Positions 55,103 through 64,000 of a stretch of DNA of 64,000 nt are shown in pieces. The notes under the pieces were generated by a model. The model was not told the DNA's origin, did no database searches, and worked only from the letters and a program-made list of their open reading frames with translations. Numbering within the stretch: position 1 is the first letter of the stretch; every line of letters begins with the position of its first letter. The stretch lies in IMG/VR virus record IMGVR_UViG_3300050821_009430, positions 1 through 64,000 of that record. One strand, given 5' to 3'. The stretch is from a virus. Made by a program: the position numbers and the translations under genes.

Positions 55103-57808
55103 ATGTCATTCTTTTTTACCAAAAGTACCCCCCGTGCCAAAGCCACGGAGGCGGTCACTGGTAAGGGTTTTTTAGCGGGCACCCTACCTACCACAATAAG
55201 GCGGAATCCTGCCGTATGGGCACGTCTAGGCTGTGCTGGCTGTCCCCTCAATAAAGCTTCTGGCATAGTCACGCCGTTGATGGAACCAACCCTAAGCAAA
55301 GGGGGGCAAATCTATTTCCTTGCGGAAGCACCGGGGCGTGATGAAGATGAGAACACAGGCAGGCCTCTTACCGGGCCGTCAGGTTCATTATTGCGCGAAT
55401 GTATTCCTGAGGATTGGCAAGATGAATGTTCGTTTGATAATATAATAAACTGCCGACCGCCGGGCAATAGAACACCACAATGGCAAGAAATTGAATGTTG
55501 CCGCCCAAGACGTACGAAATACATAGAACAGGCAAAGCCCAAGCTGATTGTGGGATTAGGCGCGGTACCGTTACAGGCTATCCTTGGTTCATCTGATTTG
55601 CAGGGAATGCGTGGCAGGCTCTTTGCCGTTAAATTTGGTGAACATCATTGCTGGTTCCTCCCTACTTATCATCCATCATTTATTCTGAGAATAGCCAAGA
55701 ACAAAAGGAAGCCACTCAATTCAATGATGGGCCATTGTTTCAGGATGGACATCAGAAAAGCATTTGAACTGGTGGCCGATCTTGAATTGCCCCACATTGA
55801 TACTGAGGCAGAGATTAGATCAGGAATACAATGTTTTGACGGTTCCAAACAAAGCCACCATCAAGCTATTATTGATCTTTTATATGAAGCCCGTAAGGCA
55901 CCCCTCAAAGCGGTAGATATAGAAACCAAAGGGCTACGCCCGTACAAAACCGACGCAGCCATCATGACCTGTGCCCTCAGTTTTGAGGATACCAATTTTG
56001 CATTTGCCTTGGATCATCCACATTCTAAATGGCCCGCGCACATTAAAGAGAAAATACGAATATTGCTTGAAAGCATTCTAAAGGATGACACTGTAAAGAT
56101 AGCTCACAATGTCCCATTCGAACTCGAATGGTTTATCTGGTATTTTGGCAAACACATAATCAATCACCATGCGTGGCACTGCACGCAGATGCAGGCTCAT
56201 TTTCTCGATGAGCGTCGTGGCAAGTCACGAAGTTCAGATGAAAACGACCGCCGCGCCGCCTATCAGGCATTAGATTTCCTCTGCAAACAACATTTTGGCT
56301 TCACCTACAAATCGCTGTTCAAGCTAAATAAGAAGGATATGTCCAAATCTGATCTTGGCGAAACGTTACTCTATAATGGCGTCGATACCAAAATAACGCT
56401 GCGGTTACATCATTGGCAGATCAGACTGCTGAAGAAGTTTGGCCTCTATAAAGCCTACCTTGAGGCACGCCCACGCCAAACCTCAGTAGCCATGATGCAA
56501 TACCTCGGCGTTAATGTGGATCAGGCCGAGGTTAAGAAAGCCCAAAAGAAGCTTGGCCCTCAGATCAAAGTATTAGAGGCCAATATTGCCGAATTGAAAG
56601 TGGTGAAAGCCTTTGTACAGGATCACAAAGAGTTCAATCCACTCTCAAACGATCATGCTATCACAATTTTCAAGGATTACCTGAAAAGGCCCGAAGTTCA
56701 GATCAAACAGGAACGTCACGAAGCACATAATTTCAACAAATCATCCGATAGCAAAAAGCGTTTCGATAAAGGGCCTGAAATACGATACTCAGTTGATAAA
56801 GGTGTTCTTGCGCAGATTGACCACCCCCTAGCTGGAAAAATTATTGACCTCCGCAACCGCACCAAACTGAAAAGCACCTATGTAGATTGCCTAGAACTTG
56901 GCAAAGGAGAAATGATTTACCCGGATGGAGCAATTCATTGTAATTTCAATACAACTTTTGCAGAAACCGGACGCACAAGTTCCGATGATCCAAATATGCA
57001 GAATTATCCTCAACGCACTGATGCGTGGGTGCGCAATCAAATAGCTGCTAAGGATGGGCATCTTTTGCTGGCCTTTGACTACGGCCAATTGGAAGCCTGC
57101 ACAGCCGCGATGTGTTCCCAGGACAAAGTGTTGGTAAAAGCACTGTGGGAGGATTACGATATTCATATGGAATGGGCAATCAAAACAGCCCACCAGTACC
57201 CGGCCATTATAGGGGGCAAGAAGTGCATCCAAGATAAAGACGTAATGAAGAAGTTTAGGTCAAAGATAAAGAACAAATTAGTCTTTCCGGCAATATTTGG
57301 GGCACAGAATTCATCTATTGCTGGCTACCTTGATATGCCAGTTGAGGAAATTGATGTTTTGATGCGTGAATTTTGGAAAACGTTCTATGGCCTTGCTGAA
57401 TGGCAAGATAAATTGATGAAGAAATATTATGAAGATGGTTATGCTGAAAGTCCTACCGGACGTAGGCGTCACTACCCTATGACCCGCAATCAGGCAATTA
57501 ACGATCCAATTCAAAGCGTGGCATGCGATATAGTTTGTCGTTCAATGAATGATCTTTCAGAGTTAGCGACGGTTGAGAAAAAATGGTACTTACATCCAAT
57601 TTTGAACATTCATGATGATCTCTCATTTCAGGTACAAAACAACGATAGAATTATTGAAAAAGCCATTAAAGATATATATAGAATTATGCTAACTCCAAAC
57701 TATGACTTCATTAATGTACCGTTATCAGTTACTTGTTCTATAGGAAAGCACTGGTTTGGCATGGAAGAAATTGGAAAGTTTTGGTCTCACAAAGACATTA
57801 AGAAATAA
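55103..57808 (+). CDS. Family-4 uracil-DNA glycosylase domain fused to a 3'-5' exonuclease and family A DNA polymerase
   Basis: CAGCPL, AEAPG.DED..GRP..GPSG, NCRPPGNR, PTYHPS; Exo DIET, HNVPFE, YNGVD; Pol TGRTSS.DPNMQN, DYGQLE, R...K...F....G, IHDD. Confidence 0.92.
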   Translation: MSFFFTKSTPRAKATEAVTGKGFLAGTLPTTIRRNPAVWARLGCAGCPLNKASGIVTPLMEPTLSKGGQIYFLAEAPGRDEDENTGRPLTGPSGSLLRECIPEDWQDECSFDNIINCRPPGNRTPQWQEIECCRPRRTKYIEQAKPKLIVGLGAVPLQAILGSSDLQGMRGRLFAVKFGEHHCWFLPTYHPSFILRIAKNKRKPLNSMMGHCFRMDIRKAFELVADLELPHIDTEAEIRSGIQCFDGSKQSHHQAIIDLLYEARKAPLKAVDIETKGLRPYKTDAAIMTCALSFEDTNFAFALDHPHSKWPAHIKEKIRILLESILKDDTVKIAHNVPFELEWFIWYFGKHIINHHAWHCTQMQAHFLDERRGKSRSSDENDRRAAYQALDFLCKQHFGFTYKSLFKLNKKDMSKSDLGETLLYNGVDTKITLRLHHWQIRLLKKFGLYKAYLEARPRQTSVAMMQYLGVNVDQAEVKKAQKKLGPQIKVLEANIAELKVVKAFVQDHKEFNPLSNDHAITIFKDYLKRPEVQIKQERHEAHNFNKSSDSKKRFDKGPEIRYSVDKGVLAQIDHPLAGKIIDLRNRTKLKSTYVDCLELGKGEMIYPDGAIHCNFNTTFAETGRTSSDDPNMQNYPQRTDAWVRNQIAAKDGHLLLAFDYGQLEACTAAMCSQDKVLVKALWEDYDIHMEWAIKTAHQYPAIIGGKKCIQDKDVMKKFRSKIKNKLVFPAIFGAQNSSIAGYLDMPVEEIDVLMREFWKTFYGLAEWQDKLMKKYYEDGYAESPTGRRRHYPMTRNQAINDPIQSVACDIVCRSMNDLSELATVEKKWYLHPILNIHDDLSFQVQNNDRIIEKAIKDIYRIMLTPNYDFINVPLSVTCSIGKHWFGMEEIGKFWSHKDIKK

Positions 57809-57871
57809 TAAATGTACAGACGGCCCCCACCCATCTTAGCTCACTTATAGAGATAACAAAGATATATCTAA

Positions 57872-58822
57872 ATGACCAGTCTTCATACAAAGTATAGGCC
57901 AACTATCTTCGACGAAGTGGTAGGCCAAGATCATGTGGTCAAGGGCCTCAAGCGCGTAGTCAAAGACAGCCGTGCCAAAACTTTCTTGTTCACGGGGCCA
58001 TCAGGGACCGGAAAGACCACTCTTGCTAGAATATTAGCAAATTCCTTCGCCAAAAACGAAGCTACGGCAGCCAATATAGAAGAAATAGCTGCCGCCGATA
58101 CTACCGGCGTAGATGCCATGCGCGAAGTAATCAAACACACGTTGTACCGGGCTATTGGCACTTCACCAATCAAAGCTGTCATTTTGGACGAAGCACATCG
58201 TTTGTCAGGCGCGGCATGGGACGTCCTCCTTAAGCCAGTCGAGGAACCACCCACTCACGTTTACTGGATGATCTGTTCTACTAATCCGGGCAAAATACCG
58301 AAAACAATACTGACCCGATGCCTACGCTACGATCTGAAACCTGTTTCTGAGGAAGACCTGCTTGAGCTATTACTGCGCGTAGCTGAGGCTGAGAAACTTG
58401 AAACACCAGATGCAATATTGGAAGCCATTGTTGAGGAAGCTTCAGGCTCACCACGTCAGGCTTTAGTATTTTTGGAGGCCTGTTCCTATGCCGAAACAGC
58501 CGGTGAGGCGCGTATTGTTATGCGTAGCGCCGGGCAGTCTAAAGAAGTAAGTGACCTGTGCAAATTCTTGCTTGGGCAACGTGGCCGTACCTGGGCCGAA
58601 GCCATGAAATATGTAAAGGCACTTGAGGGAACCGATACTGAAAGCATCAGGATAATAATTGTAAATTATCTAAGTGCCGTTTTGACAAATACCAAAAGCA
58701 ACGATAAGGCTATTCCGCTTCTTGGGCTACTGGAATGTTTTTCTGCCCCCTATCAACCAATAGATAAACTTGCGCCACTCCTGCACTCGATAGGCATGGC
58801 ACTCAACCTGGATAAAGCATGA
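57872..58822 (+). CDS. Clamp loader AAA+ subunit (DnaX gamma/tau-like)
   Basis: KYRP..FDEVVGQ, GPSGTGKTT, LDEAH, LLK.VEEPP, TILTRC, GSPR.A. Confidence 0.9.
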   Translation: MTSLHTKYRPTIFDEVVGQDHVVKGLKRVVKDSRAKTFLFTGPSGTGKTTLARILANSFAKNEATAANIEEIAAADTTGVDAMREVIKHTLYRAIGTSPIKAVILDEAHRLSGAAWDVLLKPVEEPPTHVYWMICSTNPGKIPKTILTRCLRYDLKPVSEEDLLELLLRVAEAEKLETPDAILEAIVEEASGSPRQALVFLEACSYAETAGEARIVMRSAGQSKEVSDLCKFLLGQRGRTWAEAMKYVKALEGTDTESIRIIIVNYLSAVLTNTKSNDKAIPLLGLLECFSAPYQPIDKLAPLLHSIGMALNLDKA

Positions 58823-59307
58823 CCGTTGACATTGAAGAATTCAAGAATTATCTGAAAATAGACAAACATGGGCTCGATCAAGAACTCATGGAACAGCCTA
58901 TGCTATTTTTCAAAATCAGCGAAGCGTTTGCTCAAGCCACTGCTGAACGTGACATGCTCAAGGAGCAGCTTGCCAGTACAGACGCTAGACTCGATAGTGA
59001 CATGCGTCGTGTTTTTGACAAAGCGGGTGAAAAGTATACCGAAGCCATGGTCAAAAATGCCGTACAAACCGACAAAAAGCATGAAGCAGCGATCAAGAAG
59101 TTCTTTGACGCCAAAGAACAGGCTGACTTGTTTTTGGCACTGAAAGAAGCTTTCCAATCCAGGGCCTACATGCTTCGAGATCTTTGCTCTCTCTATACAG
59201 CCAACTATTTTGAAGAATCATCGGCCCGTGGCTCTGGGCAAACTAACCATGCGACGTATAGAATGGGCAGGGAACGCATTGCAACTGCACGGAGCAAACG
59301 TGAGTGA
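58819..59307 (+). CDS. UvsY-like recombination mediator
   Basis: LKID...LD.E...QP, K.TEAMV...V..D, L.EAF..R..ML helical pattern; next to the SSB and RecA genes. Confidence 0.55.
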   Translation: MTVDIEEFKNYLKIDKHGLDQELMEQPMLFFKISEAFAQATAERDMLKEQLASTDARLDSDMRRVFDKAGEKYTEAMVKNAVQTDKKHEAAIKKFFDAKEQADLFLALKEAFQSRAYMLRDLCSLYTANYFEESSARGSGQTNHATYRMGRERIATARSKRE

Positions 59308-59461
59308 TGCCTTGTGGCAGTACATTTTACCGATTGCTGTCATAGCATTGATCCTTTGGCTCACATGCAAAGCAATTATTGGGTCCTACTTTAAAGCAAA
59401 GGACGGTTTCGTTAATCGGCTAGTTGACAAACTCAAAGGAGCCAACAGTGGCGAAAAGTGA
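59300..59461 (+). CDS. Small single-TM protein
   Basis: GTG start with GGAG RBS; ILPIAVIALILWL segment. Confidence 0.5.
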   Translation: MSDALWQYILPIAVIALILWLTCKAIIGSYFKAKDGFVNRLVDKLKGANSGEK

Positions 59462-60503
59462 GAGTAAAAGATCGTTTCATTACGAACACCGTTCCAAGGA
59501 GGACGTAAAAGCCCGCGCCAATATGCGGGGCGGTGGCTATGACAGCTTTGTAAAGCCCGAATTCAAGCGCTACAAGGTGCGCGACGGAAAAAACTTGGTG
59601 CGCATCCTGCCAGCAACATGGGAAAAGCCCAAGCATTACGGTTACGATATTTGGGTGAATTACGGCATTGGTGCAGATAACCAATCGTACCTTTCTCTTT
59701 CAAAAATGAACGACGAAGCCGATCCGTTGGCCGAAGCCCGCAAGCAGGCTCAACGCGAAGGGGATGACGAAACCGCCAAGGCATTATCACCGCGCCAGCG
59801 GGTACTGGTTTGGGTCATTGATCGTAATGAAGAGGATGAAGGCCCACAACTGTGGGATATTCCTTTCAGTGTTGACAAGGATTTTATCAACCTCTGCCTT
59901 GATGAAGACACCAAGGAGGTCATCTATCCTGATGATCCTGATAATGGACATGATCTTCGGTTTTACAAGGAAGGCTCAGGGCTTGGCACCAAATACCCGG
60001 CGTCTCGCATGAAGCTTCTTGATGAATCGCCGCTTCATGAAGATCAAGGCACTCAGGATGAATGGCTTGAATTTGTGAAGGAAAACCCGGTGCCTGACTG
60101 CCTGCAATTCTACAGTGCCGATCAGATTGCCTCGGCCTTTGACGGGCAGGTTCGTACCAAAGATGACAATGACGAAAAGCCACGCAAAAAATTGCGTGAT
60201 GAAGATGACGAAGGTACAAAACCAAAGCGCCGTCCTGTTGCCGATGAGGATGATGACTCTGAAGAGAAACCAAAACGTCGGGCCACCAAAGATGACGATG
60301 AAGATGAACCGGATGAAAAACCACGTCGTGCCCGTACTCAACTGAAGGACGAGGATGAGCCGGACGAGGCGGATGAAAAACCGCGCAAAAAGGCAAAGCC
60401 TGCCAGAGATGAAGATGAAGAACAAGACGAAAAGCCACGCCAAAGTATCCGTGAACGGTTAGCTGCACGCCGTTCTAAAAGCACCGATGAGGATGACGAC
60501 TGA
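59448..60503 (+). CDS. ssDNA-binding protein (gp32-like) with a long acidic/basic tail
   Basis: G.N.VRILP, VIDR..E..GPQ.W, DP..G.D....K.G.G..T.Y; tail of DDEDE/KPRK repeats. Confidence 0.75.
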   Translation: MAKSESKRSFHYEHRSKEDVKARANMRGGGYDSFVKPEFKRYKVRDGKNLVRILPATWEKPKHYGYDIWVNYGIGADNQSYLSLSKMNDEADPLAEARKQAQREGDDETAKALSPRQRVLVWVIDRNEEDEGPQLWDIPFSVDKDFINLCLDEDTKEVIYPDDPDNGHDLRFYKEGSGLGTKYPASRMKLLDESPLHEDQGTQDEWLEFVKENPVPDCLQFYSADQIASAFDGQVRTKDDNDEKPRKKLRDEDDEGTKPKRRPVADEDDDSEEKPKRRATKDDDEDEPDEKPRRARTQLKDEDEPDEADEKPRKKAKPARDEDEEQDEKPRQSIRERLAARRSKSTDEDDD

Positions 60504-60940
60504 CCGCAGGGCTGAAATGCTGAAGCGCGGCGGCATAGACCCTGTTAGGGTTGATAACCGCCCGCTCAGTGCCATTATGAATGACGCTATACCTTATGAG
60601 AAATTCGAGCGGCAGTGGTGGCTCATTCAACGGTTGGGTTATAAAAGCCATCAATGCTTTTTGCAGGCTATATATGACCGAAAACACGTCAGAAGTAATT
60701 CCTGCTGAGCTATTTTCAATTCATCAGGCTTTACTAAAAGAAGGATGGGGGGTTTGGGCCACTCACCGTGACCTGAACAAAGAAATAGGCCAAGAAAAGT
60801 TCTCACGTATATCTATTGTAACCTTCACCCATCTGGCGGCCGTCACAGCGGTTGATGTTGGGATGGGTGAAAGTGATTTCTTGGCCACCTGCAAAGCCAA
60901 TTACCAGGAAGCGGTACGGCGTGCCCCACGATGGGGGTAA
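60487..60940 (+). CDS. Two small hypothetical proteins (60487-60708, 60674-60940)
   Basis: Overlapping ORFs in operon orientation. Confidence 0.45.
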
Positions 60941-60946
60941 GTGTAA

Positions 60947-62785
60947 GTGTTTGACATCATCAAAATTGAACTGGAAGATTTCAGGTCGTTCAGGGGAAAA
61001 CACAGTTTCGAATTTCCAACCGAACCGGGGCTGTATGCCATAACCGGCGTTAATCTTGACAACCCCGAACTTGGTCCTAACGGTGTTGGCAAATCAACTC
61101 TTTTAGAAGCCATTTATTGGTGCAATTACGGGCGTACCACACGCGGTCTAAAAGCTACTGACGTGATCAATTGGGGTGCCAAAGGCTGTGCCGTGACCGT
61201 ACAGCAACTTATTGGGGGCCAGCACCTTACCGTCACCCGTACTCAAAGCCCCAACAGCCTCATGCTGAACGGGCAACCAGTGGATCAGACTGAGTTACAA
61301 GTAGCCCTACGTATTGGGCCTGAAGCTTTCACCTATGCCGTGATGGCCCCACAGTTTGGGCAAGCATTCTTTGATCTGACACCCAGTGACAAACTGACCC
61401 TATTTTCACAAATAATGGAACTTGATTTCTGGCTTGAAAAGAGCAAAAGAGCCTCTGAATTGGCCGAAGAAATACTTATTGAAAAATCAGCCGTTGAAAA
61501 GAATGCTGCGCGGCAAAATGGTCAGCTTGAAACAATTACAGATGACCTAAGGCAGTTAGCTGAAAAGGAAATTAAGTTCTCTGAGGATCAACGTAGCTTG
61601 ATGGCTTCCATGACTGGGCAAATAACAGAAATACAAACTTCTATAAAAGTTCAGGGGAAGGTCCTAAACGAAACCAAATTAGCAATTGATGGGCTTGAAA
61701 AAAGACGAGACAAACTCATTGCCAAAATAGATACGTTACTGAATGAGAAGGATAAGTTTGAGGCCAACCACTCAGAAATACGAACTCAAAAATCAGTCAT
61801 AGAAAACAGGTTAAGTGCTGTAACCGCTACCAGTAAGCGCCTTGAAGGTGTCGGCGCTGAATGCCCTACCTGTTTGCAGGAAGTAGATGCTGTTCACCTA
61901 ACAACAGAAAAACAAAAGTACAAAAAACAATATCAGTCAATTTCAAAAGAACTAGAAGACTGTATTGAAGCTTTTGAGGGGGCATCTACCAATAAGGATA
62001 ACATCGTCACTGCCATCAAATCAAACCAGAAAGATTTAGAAACCATAGAACAGAATTTAGAGGATTTTAGGATTGAGAGGAACAAGCTGTCATCTAAATC
62101 AGAACGGTGTGAAGCTGACTTGAGGCAGCTCCGCACCAACATTGCTAATGAACAGAAAAAACCCAATCCATATAGTATCTTGATTGAAGAAAAACAAGCA
62201 CAAAAAGCCCTACTAAAAAAGGCCATTAAACAAACCACCGAAGAGATAGATCAACTAGCCAAGGATAATCTAACCGTCAATTATTGGATAGGTGGTTTTA
62301 AGAAGATACGCTTGTTTGTTATTGAAGAAACCCTCAGACAATTGGAACTTGAGATCAATAACAATCTTGCCAGTCTGGGCTTGCTGACGTGGCGTGTAGA
62401 ATTGGACGTGGAACGTGAGAACAAATCAGGTGGCATTACCAAAGGGTTTACGGTAGCCATACAAGCCTCAGGCAATGAAAAGCCAGTCAAGTTTGAGGCA
62501 TGGTCGGGCGGTGAAACCCAACGGTTACGGCTGGCAGGTGACTTGGGCCTAGCCAACCTGATTATGGAAAACGCGGGGTTGCGAAGCACTATTGAGTTCT
62601 TCGACGAACCGTCACGGCATCTAAGCCAAGAAGGAATGCTTGATCTGGCCGAAACTCTACATCAACGGGCCATAGATTCAAAAAAACGTATATTCGTAGT
62701 AGAACACAACTTGACAGATTACCCCTATACGGCAACGCTGCCCATCGTGAAAAGTTCAGACGGTTCCTATTTTGAGAGGGTGTAA
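60947..62785 (+). CDS. SbcC/Rad50 (gp46-like) ATPase
   Basis: FRSF, NGVGKST, Q-loop, coiled coil with CPTC hook, WSGGE signature, FFDEP, VEH. Confidence 0.92.
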   Translation: MFDIIKIELEDFRSFRGKHSFEFPTEPGLYAITGVNLDNPELGPNGVGKSTLLEAIYWCNYGRTTRGLKATDVINWGAKGCAVTVQQLIGGQHLTVTRTQSPNSLMLNGQPVDQTELQVALRIGPEAFTYAVMAPQFGQAFFDLTPSDKLTLFSQIMELDFWLEKSKRASELAEEILIEKSAVEKNAARQNGQLETITDDLRQLAEKEIKFSEDQRSLMASMTGQITEIQTSIKVQGKVLNETKLAIDGLEKRRDKLIAKIDTLLNEKDKFEANHSEIRTQKSVIENRLSAVTATSKRLEGVGAECPTCLQEVDAVHLTTEKQKYKKQYQSISKELEDCIEAFEGASTNKDNIVTAIKSNQKDLETIEQNLEDFRIERNKLSSKSERCEADLRQLRTNIANEQKKPNPYSILIEEKQAQKALLKKAIKQTTEEIDQLAKDNLTVNYWIGGFKKIRLFVIEETLRQLELEINNNLASLGLLTWRVELDVERENKSGGITKGFTVAIQASGNEKPVKFEAWSGGETQRLRLAGDLGLANLIMENAGLRSTIEFFDEPSRHLSQEGMLDLAETLHQRAIDSKKRIFVVEHNLTDYPYTATLPIVKSSDGSYFERV

Positions 62786-63808
62786 ATGTCTAAACGAGAG
62801 CGTGCAAAATTAACCGAATCCAAAAATGCCTATTTTGTTGAAGATAAAACAGACTACAGTTTCGTTTCAAGCGGATGTACATTATTGGATTGTGTACTTG
62901 GTGGCGGCTTCCCACTTGGCAGAATAGTTAACATTGTCGGGGATAAGTCGACGGCAAAAACCGCATTGGCCACTGAAGCCCTTATCAACTTCAGTCAAAT
63001 CTACCCTAACGGTGTAGCGGCCTACCGTGACACCGAGGCTGCCTTTGACCAGGGCTACGCCAAAGCCATGGGGCTTGATCTTGACAAAGTTGATTTTGGA
63101 GACAAAGACGAACCGCTGATTACGGTTGAACAATTTTCCCATGACTTCGATGCATTCTTGGAAGCCCGGCTGAAAACCGAGACACCCGGTATTTATGTGG
63201 TTGACAGTCTTGATGCCCTTTCAGATGACGCTGAAATGGAACGTGATATTGAGAAGGGAACTTTTGGCGCTGCCAAGGCTAAGCTGCTGAGCATATTCTT
63301 CAGGAAGACAGCACACCGCATTGAACAAAGCAGGGTACTTCTCCTTGTTATTTCGCAAGTACGGGATAACATTGGGGCCATGTTTGGTGAGAAGCATAAG
63401 CGCTCCGGTGGCCGTGCTTTGGATTTTTATGCCTCCCAGATTCTTTGGCTGGCTCATATTGAAACTCTCAGGCGAGAGATCAGCAAGGTCAAGCGGCCGT
63501 ATGGCGTAACCATCAAAGCCAAATGCAAAAAGAATAAAGTGAGCCTGCCATTTCGTGACTGTGACTTCCAATTTATTTTTGGATACGGAGTTGAAGACCT
63601 GGGGGCCAGTGTTGAATGGCTCAAGGAAATTGGGCGTTTGAAAGATGCAGGAATCAACCCCACTCAAGTCAAGGATTACCTTAAAGGCATTGATGAAATG
63701 GATGTGGCTGAGTACAATAAAGAACGTGAAACCGTATCAGCAGCCGTCAAGCAAGCTTGGCGTGAAATTGAGACCAGTTTCCTGCCCAAGAGAGCTAAAT
63801 ACCAATGA
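62786..63808 (+). CDS. RecA/UvsX-like recombinase
   Basis: SSG...LD..LGGG.P.GRI, GDKSTAKT, DTE, VVDSL, ISQVR, SGGRAL.FYAS, KNKV..PF. Confidence 0.93.
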   Translation: MSKRERAKLTESKNAYFVEDKTDYSFVSSGCTLLDCVLGGGFPLGRIVNIVGDKSTAKTALATEALINFSQIYPNGVAAYRDTEAAFDQGYAKAMGLDLDKVDFGDKDEPLITVEQFSHDFDAFLEARLKTETPGIYVVDSLDALSDDAEMERDIEKGTFGAAKAKLLSIFFRKTAHRIEQSRVLLLVISQVRDNIGAMFGEKHKRSGGRALDFYASQILWLAHIETLRREISKVKRPYGVTIKAKCKKNKVSLPFRDCDFQFIFGYGVEDLGASVEWLKEIGRLKDAGINPTQVKDYLKGIDEMDVAEYNKERETVSAAVKQAWREIETSFLPKRAKYQ

Positions 63809-64000
63809 AGATAATTGCATTCGATCTTGGCAAAAACTTCGCTTGGGCGTGGCGGGACAAAAAAGGCATTATTGCCAAAACGATAGAACTTCAGGGGATC
63901 AGATCACACAGATTAGGTGAATTGGCAAAGCTCTTACCTTCCATCTTTCATAAGCATCAATTTGACGTGGCAGTCTACGAAACACCATTTGCCCGTGGCC
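63805..64000 (+). CDS. RuvC-like Holliday junction resolvase (partial)
   Basis: Read by hand: MKIIAFDLG..FAWA...DVAVYETPFARG; ATGA coupling to the recombinase; runs off the window end. Confidence 0.7.
   Translation, partial: MKIIAFDLGKNFAWAWRDKKGIIAKTIELQGIRSHRLGELAKLLPSIFHKHQFDVAVYETPFARG

Overview
A 64-kb segment of a tailed dsDNA phage. The host is very probably an alphaproteobacterium, given the GcrA- and CtrA-like genes. I saw no integrase, CI-type lysogeny module, tRNA, rRNA or CRISPR array. Left arm (1-22.4 kb, minus strand): a sugar-nucleotide/glycosylation cluster (HldE-like nucleotidyltransferase-kinase, GmhA-like isomerase, radical SAM, split TPP enzyme, glycosyltransferase-like genes), then CspA, TerS, TerL, portal, scaffold and the major capsid gene. 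The capsid gene is split into three exons by two group I introns, one carrying a GIY-YIG endonuclease. It is followed by Ser/Thr-rich virion proteins and a TPR-GT9 (heptosyltransferase-like) gene. 22.4-27 kb: a promoter- and structure-rich switch region. 27-36 kb (plus strand): early-type genes, including DUF3150-like, MoxR AAA+, DUF2201/VWA, an antisense HNH-type endonuclease, a stand-alone CapW-like wHTH and a histone-like protein with an FtsZ-tail-like peptide. 36-64 kb: replication/recombination genes (DnaB-like and SNF2 helicases, GcrA, primase, sigma-like factor, DNA methyltransferase, beta clamp, CtrA-like DNA-binding domain, DnaA domain IV, UDG-PolA fusion, clamp loader, UvsY-like, SSB, SbcC, RecA, partial RuvC), interrupted by an ~8-kb island of small ORFs. 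Two candidate systems stand out: (i) a set of stripped-down mimics of the alphaproteobacterial cell-cycle circuit and (ii) a phage-encoded heptose or unusual-sugar pathway that may glycosylate the virion. All family assignments come from motif recognition by eye; no database search was run.
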